Shown piece after piece: positions 1 through 14,057 of a DNA stretch of 64,000 bases. This DNA comes from the human T2T-CHM13v2.0 reference genome, Homo sapiens, in the NCBI RefSeq assembly GCF_009914755.1, contig NC_060929.1; one strand, 5' to 3'. A program made the translations under genes and the position numbers. How positions within the stretch are numbered: position 1 is the stretch's first letter; every line of letters starts with the position of its first letter. The notes under the pieces were generated by a model that had not been told where the DNA came from, made no database searches, and saw only the letters and a list, made by a program, of their open reading frames with translations.

Positions 1-133
1 GCTATCCTGATATGCCTTAGATAAAAACTGAAGGCAGCATGTTCCTGCTCTTTTTTCTGCATCTGCTTTCACAAAAAATATCCTCTTCCCACCCAGATAT
101 AATCTGGGTGGCTTCTGGAATATGTCCTTTAAC

Positions 134-169
134 CTACACCTGATCTTAGCCAAAAGGCCGAGAAGCAGT
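134..169 (-). pseudogene. 3'-truncated U2 snRNA retrocopy (U2 nt ~1-36)
   Basis: Reverse complement ACTGCTTCTCGGCCTTTTGGCTAAGATCAGGTGTAG matches U2 5' end ATCGCTTCTCGGCCTTTTGGCTAAGATCAAGTGTAG (3 mismatches); flanked by 14-bp direct repeat TGTCCTTTAACCTA at 123-136 and 171-184. Confidence 0.92.
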
Positions 170-969
170 GTGTCCTTTAACCTAAAAGAGAGGTCCTTAC
201 AGAGATCAGAGACTTGACAAGAAGTCGACTAGGAGTTTGTGGCCTTCTGTCTATTCTAGTCCTGATGCAATTTCTCCCTAGTTCATGTTTTTGGTAAAAA
301 TCACTTAAAATTTTTTTTTTTTTCTATTTAGTGTACTAAGCAGAAACCACCAGGCAGTGTAGTGCTGACTGAGTTTTTGAGTTTTCTGGGATATGATTTT
401 TAGCTATTTTACTATGTAATATATAAACAAAAAATGCTAAGTACCCACTACTTTAATTCAGTAACTTTGCTTGTATTTGCGTGACATCTATATATCAGTT
501 TCTCATGAAGAAAAACTATCATAAAAATTTTAAGGTAAAATTTAACACGAATATTAGGAAAAAACACACTTTCGCAATTTGGAGTAAGGTGAATGACACA
601 TCCTTTCCTTTTCTAGTAATTTCTAAATTTAGAAATTGAGAAATTTTCTAACAGTGTCAATCTCAACTACTTCTTACCTGAAAGGTTTCTTAAGATTTTG
701 TATAAATTAAGTTACTTCATGCTATACATTTAGGAGGCAAAAATTCAATGAAAATCATTTCATGACTTCAAGCACAGAATTTCAGGATGTCAAAATCATT
801 TGATATCAAATAAATGCAATGGTTAAAACAACAATAAGAATCCACTGCCATCAAACAAACTTTCCCCGACCTGCCTCCCATTCCAGTACTGACAAAATCA
901 GGACCACAAGGAGATAAATGACCGAAGTGTATATGCTTCAGTTAAATAAAAACATGGGAGACTGTAGCC

Positions 970-3900
970 CACATGTTAAAGAATACATTTAATTTTAACA
1001 GGGCAAATAAACTAGTTTTTAAAGGTAGTGGTGGTGTTGGCTTAATTTTGAGTGTTCCTTTTATTTCCACCTGAAAAAAAAAGTGAGCTTTTCCTCTAAC
1101 TGCTTCCCAACAGTTCAATGACAGCAGAACATCAAATCTATGATGGTGCTGGAGATCTTCTATAGAGACAAGGAGAGATGCAACTTCGTGAGCATGTTTT
1201 AGTCTGCAGAAAGAAAGTGGAAAAGAGAAAGAGAGAGAGAGGAGAACAAAAACTAATTTTCCAGGCAGGGGAATACTTATAAAACCTTTTATGTCAAAGT
1301 TAGGATTTCACAACATAACACACTAATGCAAAATCCAGTAGCACCTGAAAGATTTAAGTAAATGCTGTCATCATTTAAATGCTTTTAAATATCTGTAAAA
1401 GACTGGAGGAAAAAAAGATAAAGTACATTCTCCAGAGAACAAATGTATTTCAAAATAAAAACTGTATTTTTGCTTTTCTTTTTTTTTTTCAATTTTTGTT
1501 TTTGTACAAGATTCAATAGTTATCACATATTAACTTATACACAATGGGATCAACCTCCTCCTCCATGTCGCTTCAAGTCCACATGTTCAGGCTATAGTCC
1601 CCAACATTATTTTCTGAGAAATATATTACCACAGTTTGATTTAAATATAGATACAGTATATAATACTTGTCTCTGGGAAAAATCAAATTTTAATATGCAA
1701 ATGTTTATATAATACAGAAATGGAAAAAACTACAGTAGGCACACAACCTAATTATGACTTGTGGATGATGATTTCTACATACTCTCCTACTGTAAATGAA
1801 TAGTTAAAAGTCTTAAGAAGATTTTATTTATATGTGCACTTGTGTCCACCTTATCCCATATACTGTACATGTCTATTGACAATCTGGGAATTTAAAGGTG
1901 CAGCCCTCAAGAGATTGTTAAATCACTAAAAAAGGAAACAATTAGGCTCTATTGGACAAGAAAAACACTCACAAAATTTCCAATTTTAAATTTCATTATC
2001 AGTAGGAAAGTATTAAAAATAATTTTCTGTATATACATATGGGTATATGTATATATTGAATCACACATATGTCCCACATTATCAATACAATTCAAATGGA
2101 GACATTTTGGTGAGTTTTTTCATTAAATGATCACTATGTCAAAATTTAAAAATATTTTATTACATCATTAAAATAATTCACTTGCCATTTCAACAGCTTA
2201 CACTGTTTTTTAAATTTTTTTAACTCTTCATACTAAACTCCCTGATCCCTAGTGTTAAATCTCCTATTTAAATTAAAACTTGGTGCTCTTTGTTACTCAG
2301 AAACTGATGGATAAAAACACATTTACTTCAAAATTCCATCAATCAAATACATTTTGTTACCTGATTTATCAGAGAAATATCTCAGCTCTGAGCATGTGTA
2401 TCTAAATTATTCTCCCTATAATATATAGGTGAGGAAAATATCCTAAAATAGATGGAGGTAACGTACATGATGTTACAGCACATATAATACATGATTGTTA
2501 TAAATTTTTCAGAGACACCTGAAAACTCACTTAAGAAACTAACTTCAGAAACAAACCATTTATTTTTCACTCTAATGTAAATTAATATGTATGTATTTAC
2601 GTACATACACATACATAAAAAACAAAATTGTCTAGTATTGAGTAGCTGTTTATGAGTGAAAAAATGGTTACAAATTGGTTAATTAGCTTAATTTTGTACT
2701 TAACAATTCGATCATTTTGGGGTACAAACAAGAAGTCAGTGCATTTATAGACTCCATAGAGTCAGTTACTCAAGCATACACTTTAAAAAAGAACCCTCCT
2801 CAACATCACAGGCATTGTACAGCAAGAATATATGTACTCTGATGCAATTCCTACTTTATAAGCAGACTAGACAGCACTTGGCTTACTTTTAAAATAGCTT
2901 CGTAAAAGAAATATATCATATAAAGAAATGCATGTTTGCTAAAAGTCTTTTAAAATTACATCAAAACAACATTAAAACCTGTTCACTGAGAAGAGCCTAT
3001 TGAATTTAATTCCTGTTTTGAAATACCTAGTTAACAATTCAGAATATTGCCTTGTGAGGTTTGAATCAAGATGTGATTGATGTGTAGAGCCAGATAGAGT
3101 ACATGACTCCATCTCTATCTGCCACGATCACAATTTAGATAGAGTCCTCTGATCGGCTGTTTGATGTAAATGGACCCCCTTTAAAATAGCTATACACCTT
3201 AAAATTATCTATAATAAACAGTTCCCCAATAACCATTATTATTCGTAAATTGAAATGCATTGATCATTCAGAAAAGATTTCTTGCAAAATATATAAATAA
3301 ATGTAACTGCATATTCTGTAAATATACTTAACATTGCTAGACCAGCCTGTCAATGACGGGCTGCTGTATTTCAGTACTGTGTGTCAAATTTATTAGAAAC
3401 TTAAAAAGAAAAATTTCTGAGGGACTCAGCTGCCTTCGTTAGTTGGCTTTAAAATGTGTAATAAAATGGGAGACAATATCTTCTCATAAATACATGGAAT
3501 CAATATGGAAAAGTAAACTATACAACAGACAAGATTAGAGAACACCAGAGTGTACCAGAGTAGTCACCAGAGTGAAATATCTTCCAGCACAAAAAAGGGA
3601 AGAACTCTATACACCCAGTTATAGTATATTTCAATTAAAGATACAGCTCTCTCTCACTCCTGGCAAGAATTAATTGGTAATGGCACTGCTTCTCAGCAGT
3701 GCAAAAATATCCTGAGAAATTATTCAGATTACAACAAAAGACAGGCTTTCATCACTAAGTTTTTGCACAAAACACAGCTCTAGATATCGTAAATAAATTA
3801 ATTTAAAAAGCAGATAATCTTCACTGTGTTGAACACAAAAAGGGGATGTGACCTAGACATTGTTAATTCTCCCATTGGCTAATATCAGGAAAAAAGATTG

Positions 3901-4185
3901 CATTAAGTGTCTATTTATAACTTTCTAGTTAACTATGGCCAATAATATACATGGAGGTAATTTGTAGTTCAAGTTTTTCATCTTTTTTCCCCAACTAGCT
4001 ACAAGCTGGATTCTAAAATTTACAGTGAAATATACAATTCCAATTTCAAAAGATCCTCCTCCTGGAGGAGTGATATTCAATTTTTTTTTTTTTTTTTTTT
4101 GTGCAATCTTGATGCAGAGCCTAAACAGTCCTATGAAGAGAGACAGTGTATCTTTTAATTAATTGGCACTGAAATTTCACTTTCC
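970..4185 (-). other. HOMER1: HOMER1 long-isoform 3' UTR (distal end uncertain)
   Basis: Follows TAA at 4188-4186; repeat-free and AU-rich; minus-strand AATAAA at 3389-3394, 2559-2564, 2156-2161, 1823-1828, 1060-1065 and ATTAAA at 4154-4159, 988-993. The site actually used cannot be determined from sequence. Confidence 0.65.
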
Positions 4186-4374
4186 TTAGCTGCATTCTAG
4201 TAGCTTGGCCAAGTTATCTCGTAATTCTGTTAGTTCAAATATCTTTCCATCCAGAATTTCTAAGAGTGTCTTCAGGTTATTGCGAAAAGCTTCTTGTTCA
4301 TTCTGACTTTTCTCCAGACGTTGCTCTAAGTCAGACAGTTGTCCCTCCAGGTCTTTGTTCCGAATTTCTACTTC
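4186..4374 (-). CDS. HOMER1: HOMER1 last coding exon (exon 9), 62 aa EVEIRNKDLEGQ...LAKLLECS + TAA
   Basis: Recognised Homer1 C-terminal leucine zipper; acceptor ttttgtttctgaag|GAA (AG at 4376-4375); 189 nt, phase 0. Confidence 0.97.
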   Translation of the reverse strand, partial: EVEIRNKDLEGQLSDLEQRLEKSQNEQEAFRNNLKTLLEILDGKIFELTELRDNLAKLLECS

Positions 4375-5070
4375 CTTCAGAAACAAAAGTGTAACATGTA
4401 TATATGTCAATTCATCACTTAGAAAACAATACAACTCTCTGTTATTACCAATATTGCGGTAATCAATGCAGTTTGACTGTCAGGATGAGCTGCAGAATCT
4501 TAATTTAGCACAATTTAAGGAGATTTTAGACTTGGCCATCCCAGAGAGCAATACGATTTTAATGACTGGCTTGGTTATCAATCTATCTAACCACTCAACG
4601 AAAATCTACTGACTCATTACTTTGTGCCAGGCAACACTCTAGGTACTTCAAATACCAAGACAGGCTTGAAGACCTATTTATGGATCACTTAGATCTCATT
4701 TTTATTGCTGTCCACCTATTTCTCCTAATGCATAATTATTAGCAATCACAGGTGAAAGCAGGCAGAGAAAGAAAAAGAAATTAACTTTTTCTGTTTACTG
4801 GCAACTCTAGAGAAAGATTTAGACAAGAAAGTAACTCTCTAAAATGTGATTTTAGGATCCTCTGAATATGTTATTCTTTGCTTTGCCTCAATATCAAATA
4901 AATGTATATGTAGAGAGTATCACTCAATTGCTAGAAACTGTAGTGAAGATACATAATAACTGTACATATTAGAGAATTATAAGTTAACAGTTCCAATACA
5001 TTGCAAACCAAGGGAAAAAAATGACAAAAGGAAATCAAATGTTCATGACAACAAAAAAAACACTAAATGA

Positions 5071-5503
<433 letters not shown>

Positions 5504-6128
5504 TAAAATGACATAAATCAAGCTAATGATTTCATTTTGGTTAAAAAAATCAGATTGAGAAAAATGGGAGAAAGCCAACTATTACACTTCAAATAAGCAA
5601 TTCAGATAAGCAATGAATTGAAAGTTGTTATATATCCGTTCTGGAAAGCTCACTTTTACATTTGAGAGAAACTAAGTGACTGACACAATTTACATTAAGA
5701 TATATAAACTATATGGGACAACGAAAATATCTTGATGTTAGTTACACAACATGATAGCCTCAGAAAATGAGATGTTTCAAAATGTTAATACATCCTTTAA
5801 ATGTTAATCTCTAAAGGAATTCTATCAAGTCTAAAGGACAGTGGAAATTTTAAAAAAATTAGATCACTGAAAGACAATCTGGTAAATGTTAAATGAAAAG
5901 AACAGAATATAAAGTAGCTCACTGAAACTGGCAAAAATTCGTATGCATGAGGACAAACACTAGGAATTAATGTAGAAATAGGAAATAAAAAATAGTTCTG
6001 GTGTTGAAATTACAGACACTTTTTTCCAAAAATTTATTCTTCTCTCAAGTTGGATAAAGAATGAAAAAAAAATTAAGAACTAAATTTTTTTCACAATGTA
6101 AAAATTAAACTTTCAAGAAAAATAATTA

Positions 6129-6418
6129 GGGCAAGGCTCACGCCTTTAATCCCAGAACTCTGGGAGGCTGAATCACCTGAGGTCAGGAGGTCGAGACCAG
6201 CCTGGCCAACATGGCGAATCCCTTCGTCTCTACTAAAAATATAAAAATTAGCCAGGCGTGGTGGCAGGCACCTGTAATCTCAGCTACTCGGGAGACTGAG
6301 GCAGGAGAATGACTTGAACCGGGAGGCAGAGGTTGTGGTGAGCCGAAATTACGTTACTGCACTCCAGCCGCCTGGGGTGACAGAGTAAGACTCTGTCTCA
6401 AAAAAAAAAAAAAAAAAA
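6129..6418 (+). mobile_element. AluS with small deletions
   Basis: Alu consensus motifs and poly(A) tail. Confidence 0.93.
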
Positions 6419-7254
6419 GGAAATTGGCTCAAATACATTTAAAAAGTAATAACTCTGGGTTATCTTTGTCAGTGGTTTGACAAGGCTCAAGGATGCTACA
6501 GATGAGTTGCAAGAGCCTGGGAAAATATAAGAAAGGAATCAAGCAGCTATAATGATTTTTAAAGGAAGAATTTAAGGAATCGAATCTCAAACTATTGACT
6601 GTTAGATGTTAGCCAGGTATGTTTCCAATCTCTTCACTTTGGTTAATCTGCAAGGTCAAGATAAGTAAATTGAGAGGAGAATCTCAAACTAATAAAATAT
6701 TTATAAATTCAGAAGCCAAACACATGGAGGTTTTAACTATGAGGGAGGACACAGATCCTGAGATCAAATGTAAAAATTCCACTCATGACTGCACAGCATG
6801 CTCTCTTGCCTACTTAAACAATAAGCTTAAGGGTACAATGTTTCCAACTATAAAAATAGACCAAATGTCATTCACTAGCAGACACCCACTTCACCAGGCA
6901 CCACCCAGTTTGCCCTCTAAAGCCCTCCCAAAAATGAAAGGTTCCCTTGTTTCCTTGCCAATCAATGCAATAGTCAAACATTTTCAATGGAAGCAAGCAA
7001 AACACAAAATTCCCTCAGCTAATAAAATTGTGTTATTCTCTCTAGAATGAATCCCCTACTCTAAGCACCTCTCTGTTTGCAGGAATTTTACTAGTTAGAT
7101 AACAAAAAGGACCTAATACACTGCTTGATGGTGCTAGTCTATTTTTAGGCAAAGAGAATATGTTCCTAGAGCAAGAATAGACAACTTAGAGCACAGGGGC
7201 CAAGAGGTAACAGAAGCCATGGTGAGTGGCACTTCTTAGGTGTCTACCTTTTGT

Positions 7255-7256
<2 letters not shown>

Positions 7257-7304
<48 letters not shown>

Positions 7305-7700
7305 TAAATATTTATTTATATATAAAAATTATTTATATAAATATATTTATATATTATATATATTTTTATATATCTATAATATATATTATATATATTTTTA
7401 TATATCTATAATATATATTATATATTATATATATCTATTATATATATTATATATTATATATATCTATTATATATATTAAAATTGTCTGTAATATAAATAT
7501 ATAAATATTTATATATATTTATATATTTTATATATTATATAAATATTTATATATATTTATATATTTTATATATTATATAAATATTTATATATTTATATAT
7601 TTTATATATTATATATTTATTATATATTTATATAATATATAATATATATTTTATATATAAATATATAAATATATAAATATTTATATACATTTATATTACA
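7257..7700. repeat. (TA)n microsatellite grading into degenerate AT-only minisatellite
   Basis: ~20 perfect TA units followed by ~400 bp of near-pure A/T repeat units. Confidence 0.95.
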
Positions 7701-7801
7701 GACAGAGAATTTTATATACATATATTCTGACAACAATAACTTCAGCACCTTTTGTCCATATTTTCCAACCAACCTTTCCCTTCTTGCCTTTCTATTTGCT
7801 A

Positions 7802-7927
7802 TTTTCTTGTACAGAAGGGGTCTCACTATGTTGCCTAGGCTGGTCTCAAACTCCTGGGCTCAAGTGATCGTCCTGCCGCGGCCTCCCAAAGTGCTGGGAC
7901 TACAGACGTGAGCCACCATGCCCGGCC
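7802..7927 (-). mobile_element. Alu left monomer (FLAM-like)
   Basis: Single-arm Alu ending GCCCGGCC. Confidence 0.85.
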
Positions 7928-9785
7928 TTGCCTTTCATTCTCCTTCCAAACTCATTCTTCTGCTCATTATCATTTTGGCTCTGTTATTTCCCTCTTTTCC
8001 TTTACTAATGTAAGGCACACACCAGGGGCAACTAGAGAGAGGCATTGTTCAGCCCTGATAAAGCACAGTAGACCAGAATCATCAACTCCCTCCTGAGTGC
8101 TTTAAAAGGTGGGAGAGGATTCAAGATGGCTGACTAGAAGCAATTTGTACTTGCCTCCTCTACTAAGAAGAACCGAAATAGTGACTAATCATACTTCAAA
8201 TGGATCATCCAACAGAGGACACTGGAATTAAACAGAAAAAGTGACAAGAAATACCTAAAGCAAGGAAGAAGGAAGTCGGCTTGGCCAGGATTGGTGGGGA
8301 GCTGAGATTCCCCAATATGGATAAAGGGTAAGAGAACCTCAGTGGTCCATATTTCCACCATGAATCCTGCAATCTGAGTCATGGGAAAATCTCTTGGCTC
8401 TCACAGGCACTGGAAACTAACACTGCTGGGAGACTGTGTGACAGCACTGCTCTTGGGAGAGCACTAGCGCTGGGTGCCACACAACCCGAGACCTAAGCTG
8501 CAGCAAGGCCCCATTTTAGAGCCCCACCTCCAATAAACTGCAGTGTCCTAGAGCCCAACAGTGCTGTAGCTAAGGCTCAAGAGAAACATGGGCTGTTACA
8601 CCCAGTGCTTAGGTGCAAATGACTGCAGGCTACTGCACCCAGGCTGAGTGCCATCGAGGCACAGGCTACCACCGTCAGGGCTGAGGCATGAGTGGCGTGC
8701 ACATTTCCCACACATCAGCCAAGGCTGCCACCAGTGAAGGTGGCATTGTCCTTCTGAGCAGCAGAACAACAATGTGAGCATTCCTGGGGATTGCCCCGCC
8801 CCTACCTACCATGGCTGGCACCTGCACATACCATCAGGGGGCCTGAAAACTAGCCTAATTGGCCTGGCTTTGATCCCCTCCATGTCACAGCATATAATCG
8901 GGGGGTAGGGGGAGTGAAGGGATTGCCCAGCCCAGTCCACCAATGTTGGCACCTAAACACTCCTCCCAGGGGAATAAGGTTGGGCTTACCTTCCTGGCTG
9001 CTACCACCACAGCTGGCACCTACCTGCACATACCACCTGCAGGCCTGGAGAATGGCCTATCCAGCCCTTTGCCGCCACTGCCAACACCAGCATGCACTGC
9101 ACGGGACACAGAGGATTGTCCCACCACTGCCATCGTCCATACTACACCAGTTGCCCAGGGGTCGGAGAACCCACCCACCCTTGCACTGCTGCCACTACTG
9201 GCCTCCAAGACACCAGGAGACCCCAAAATCAGCTTGCCTGGAACTGCTAACACTGGTGCAAGCAAACACAGCCCTGGAGCCTAAGGACAGGCATACTTGG
9301 CCCACTGGTACCACCATCAGGGTCCAAAGACTGGCCCACCTGGTGTCCCAGTCCCCAGCAAAACTTCACCACAGCCTCCACGAACTGCACCCTAAGCCAC
9401 TAAGAAAATCACAGGTACTATTGATGCTATTTACAGCCAAAGAAATCATACAGAGACCATGCTACTGAACACACTCGGAATCAAAGCCAAAGTGCCCTGT
9501 GCATCCAATAGCGTAGATACATCTACAGGAAAGAATCTTCCCCTATGAAAGCAAATTTTAAAAGTTGGCAGAAGTGACTGTTAAACCAGATGTGTAGATA
9601 TCAGTGTAAGAATACATAAAACATGAGAACGCAATGAAATGTAACACCTTCCAAGGAAAAGAATAATTCTCCAGCAATACATCCCAATCAAAACGAAATT
9701 CATAAAGTCCCCCCAAAAGAATTCAAATTATTGATTCTAAAGAAGCTTAGTGAGATACAAGAGAATTGTAAAAAACGCACAAAGA

Positions 9786-10105
<320 letters not shown>

Positions 10106-11492
10106 TCAGGCTATGAATGAGAAATTTACCAAAGAGATATACACTATAAAAAAGAATCAAACAGAAATTCTGGATATGAAGAATTCATTGAATGAAATAA
10201 AAAATACATTCAAAAGATTCAACAATAGGCCAGATCAAACAGAAAAAATAATTTCAGAACTCAAAGACAAGTCTTTTGAAATAATATAGACAAAAATAAA
10301 GAAAAAGTAATAAAAAGGAATAAGCAAAGCCTCTGTGACATACGGGACACCATAAAGTGGCCATAAAATATGCAAATTATCAGGGTTCCCGGAGGTGAAG
10401 AGAGAGCAAAAGGGTAGAAAACCTATTTAATGAAATACCAGATGAAAACACCCCAAATCTAGCAAGATTTTAGACATCCAGATACAGGAAGCTCTGAGAT
10501 CCCCAAACAGATAAAATGAAAGAAGGTCTTCTCCATGGCACATTATAGTCAAATTGTCTAAAGACAAAATTCTAAAAAGAACAAGAGATAAGCATCTTGT
10601 CACCTAAAAAGGACCCCCTTCAGACCAACAGGGCATTTCTCAGCAGAAACCTCACAGGCCAGGAAAGAATGGGGTGATATATTCATAGTGTTGAAAGGAA
10701 AAACAAAAAACAAAACTGCTATCCAAGCATACTACATCCAGCAAAATTATCCTTTGTAAATGAAGGAGAAATAAAGTCTTTCCCAGAAAAGCAAAAGCTG
10801 AAAGAATTCATCACCACTATACCAGCCCTACAAGAAATGCTCAAGGGAGATCTAAGTCTGGAAATGAAAGGATGACATTTTCCATCCTGAGAGCACATGA
10901 AAGTATAAAATATTGTTAAACACAAATAAAAAAGAGAAAGAATTCAAATGGTATCACTACACCAAACTACCAAATCACAATGACGAACAATAGGAGAAAA
11001 AGGAAGGAACAAAGAACAAAACAACCAGAAAGCAATTAGCAATGTGACAGAACAAAACCTCAAATATCAATAGTAACCTAGAATGAAAATGGATTACATT
11101 CTCCACTTAAAAGATATAGACTGGCTGAATGGATTACAGTTATGACCAACTGTATGCTGCTTACAAGAAACATACTTTACTTGTAAAAAGGCTTACAGAT
11201 CAAAAGTAAATGTATGGAAAAAGATATTCCACGAAAATGGAAACCAAAAGTGCACAGGAGTAGCTATACCTATATCAGATAAAATATACCTTAATCCAAA
11301 AACAGTAGAAAACATGAAGTCACTATATAATGATAGAGAGATCAATCCAGCAAGAGGATATATACGTTCCCAACACTGGCACACCTAAATTCATAAAGTA
11401 AATATTACTAGATTGAAAGACAGATAGATTCCAATACAATAATTTGTATGGTACTTCAACACCCCACTCTCAGCATTAGACAGATCATCTAG

Positions 11493-11867
<375 letters not shown>

Positions 11868-13743
11868 TACAGAACATCTTATACAACAATTCTTCTCATT
11901 ACCACGTGGAACATTCTCAAAGACAGATCATATGTTAAGCCACAAAACAAGTCTCAACAAATTTTTAAAAATCGAAATCGTATTAATTATCTTCTCAGAC
12001 CACAATGGAATAAAACCAGAAATCAATACCAAGAAAAACTGTGGAAACTATACAAATATATGAAAATTAAACTACATGCTCCTGAGCAACCATTGGGTCA
12101 ATGAGGAAATTAAGATGAAAATTAAAAAATATTTTGAAACAAAACAGAAATACAACATACCAAAACCCATGTGACACAGCAAAAGTAAAAGCAGTACTAA
12201 GAGGCAAGTTTATAGCAATAAATGCCGACATCAAAAAAGTAGAAAGATTTCAAATAGCAATCTAACAATGTGCCTCAAGAAACTAGAAAAGCAAAAAAAA
12301 AAAAACCACCAAACCTCAAAATAGCAGAAGGAAATAATAAAGATCAGAGGAGAACAAAACAAAGACCAAAAAATAAAACAAAAAAATAAAGGATCAATGA
12401 AACAAAAATTTGGTTCTTTGAAAAGATAAACAAAATTGATAAATCACTAGCTAGACCAAGAAGAGGAAAAACCCAAATAAACAAAATCACAAATGGAAAA
12501 GGAAGCATTACGACTCACACTACAGAAATACAAAAGATTACGAGAGACTATTATGAGGTATACATGAACAAACTGGAAAACCTGGAGGATATGGATGAAT
12601 TCCTGGAAACTTACAACTTACCAAGATTTGAATCAGAAATAAAAAACGTGAACAGACCAATAATGAGTAGCAAGACTGAATCAGTAGTAAGAAGTCTCCC
12701 AACAAAGAAAAATACAAGGCCAGAGGGCTTCACTGCCAAATTCTACAAAACAATAAATAACTAATACCAATCCTCTTCAAACTATTCCATAAAAATTGAA
12801 GAGGAGGGAACTTTTCCTAACTTATTCTATGAGGCCAGCATTACTCTGATACCAAAAACCAGACAAAGATACAACAAAAAAAGAAAACAATAGGCCAATA
12901 TCCCTGAAAAACACAGATGTAAAAATCCTCAACAAAATACCAGCCAACTGAATTCAACAGTGTATCAAAAAGATGATACACCATAATCAAATGGGATTTA
13001 TACCAAGGAAACAAGGATGGTTTAACACAGAGAAATTAATAAATGATACATCCCATCAACAGAATGAAGGAAAAAAATATGATCATCAATAGATGCAGAA
13101 AAAACATTTGATAAAATTCAACATCGCTTCATGATAAAAATGCTCAAAAAACTAGGCACAGAAGGAACATGTTTCAAGATAATAAAAGCCTAAGTGACAA
13201 ACCCACAACTAACATCATAGTGAATGAGGAAAAGCTTTTCCCTCAGAGATAGGGTGAGACCCCTACCTCTCACCATATATGAAAATCAATTCAAGATGGA
13301 TTAAAGACTTAAATGTAATACCTAAAACTATAAAATTACTAGAAGAAAACTTTAAAAAAAACACTTCTGGACATTGGTGTAGGCAAAGACTTCATGTCTA
13401 TGACTTCAAAAACACAGACAACTAAAACAAAAATAGACAAATGGGACTATATTAAACTAAAAAGCTTCTGCACAGCAAAGGAAACAACAAAGAGACAACC
13501 TGTTGAATGGGAGAAACTACTTGCAAACTATTCATCTGACAAGGGACTAATATCCAGAATATACAAGAAATGCAAACAACTCAACAAAAAACCACAAATA
13601 ACTCCACTAAAAAATGGGCAAAGGACATAAATAGAGAGTTCTCAAAAGAAGACATATTATGGCTAACAGGTATATTAAAAAATGCTCAATATCACTAATC
13701 ATCAAGGAAATACAAATCAAAACCAAATAAGATATCATCTTAT

Positions 13744-14026
13744 GGCCAGGTGCGATGGCTCATGCCTATGGTCCTAGCACTGTGGGAGACTGAGGCAGGT
13801 GGATCACCTAAGGTCAAAAGTTCCAGACCAGCCTGACCAACATGGTGTAAACCCCATCTCTACTAAAAATATAAAAATTAGCTAGGCATGTTGGTGGGCA
13901 TCTGTAATCCCAGCTACTCAGGAAGTTGAGGAGGGAGAATGGCATCAACCTGGGAAGCGGAGCTTGCAGTGAGCCGAGATCGCACCACTGCACTCTAGCC
14001 TGGGTGACAGAGCAAGACTCTGTCTC

Positions 14027-14053
<27 letters not shown>
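13744..14053 (+). mobile_element. Alu nested in L1 ORF2
   Basis: Dimeric Alu with long A tail; TATCATCTTA on both flanks. Confidence 0.95.

Positions 14054-14057
<4 letters not shown>

Noticed and set aside
4375-4434. N-terminal part of ORF 4186-4434 (MYCFLSDELT...)
   Set aside because: Intronic sequence upstream of the splice acceptor; not Homer1 protein.
6619-7050. 143-aa + strand ORF
   Set aside because: No recognisable family, no exon or promoter context, antisense within an intron.
8596-9468. Longest ORF (184 aa) and overlapping ORFs
   Set aside because: Lie in the GC-rich L1 5' UTR; no recognisable domain.
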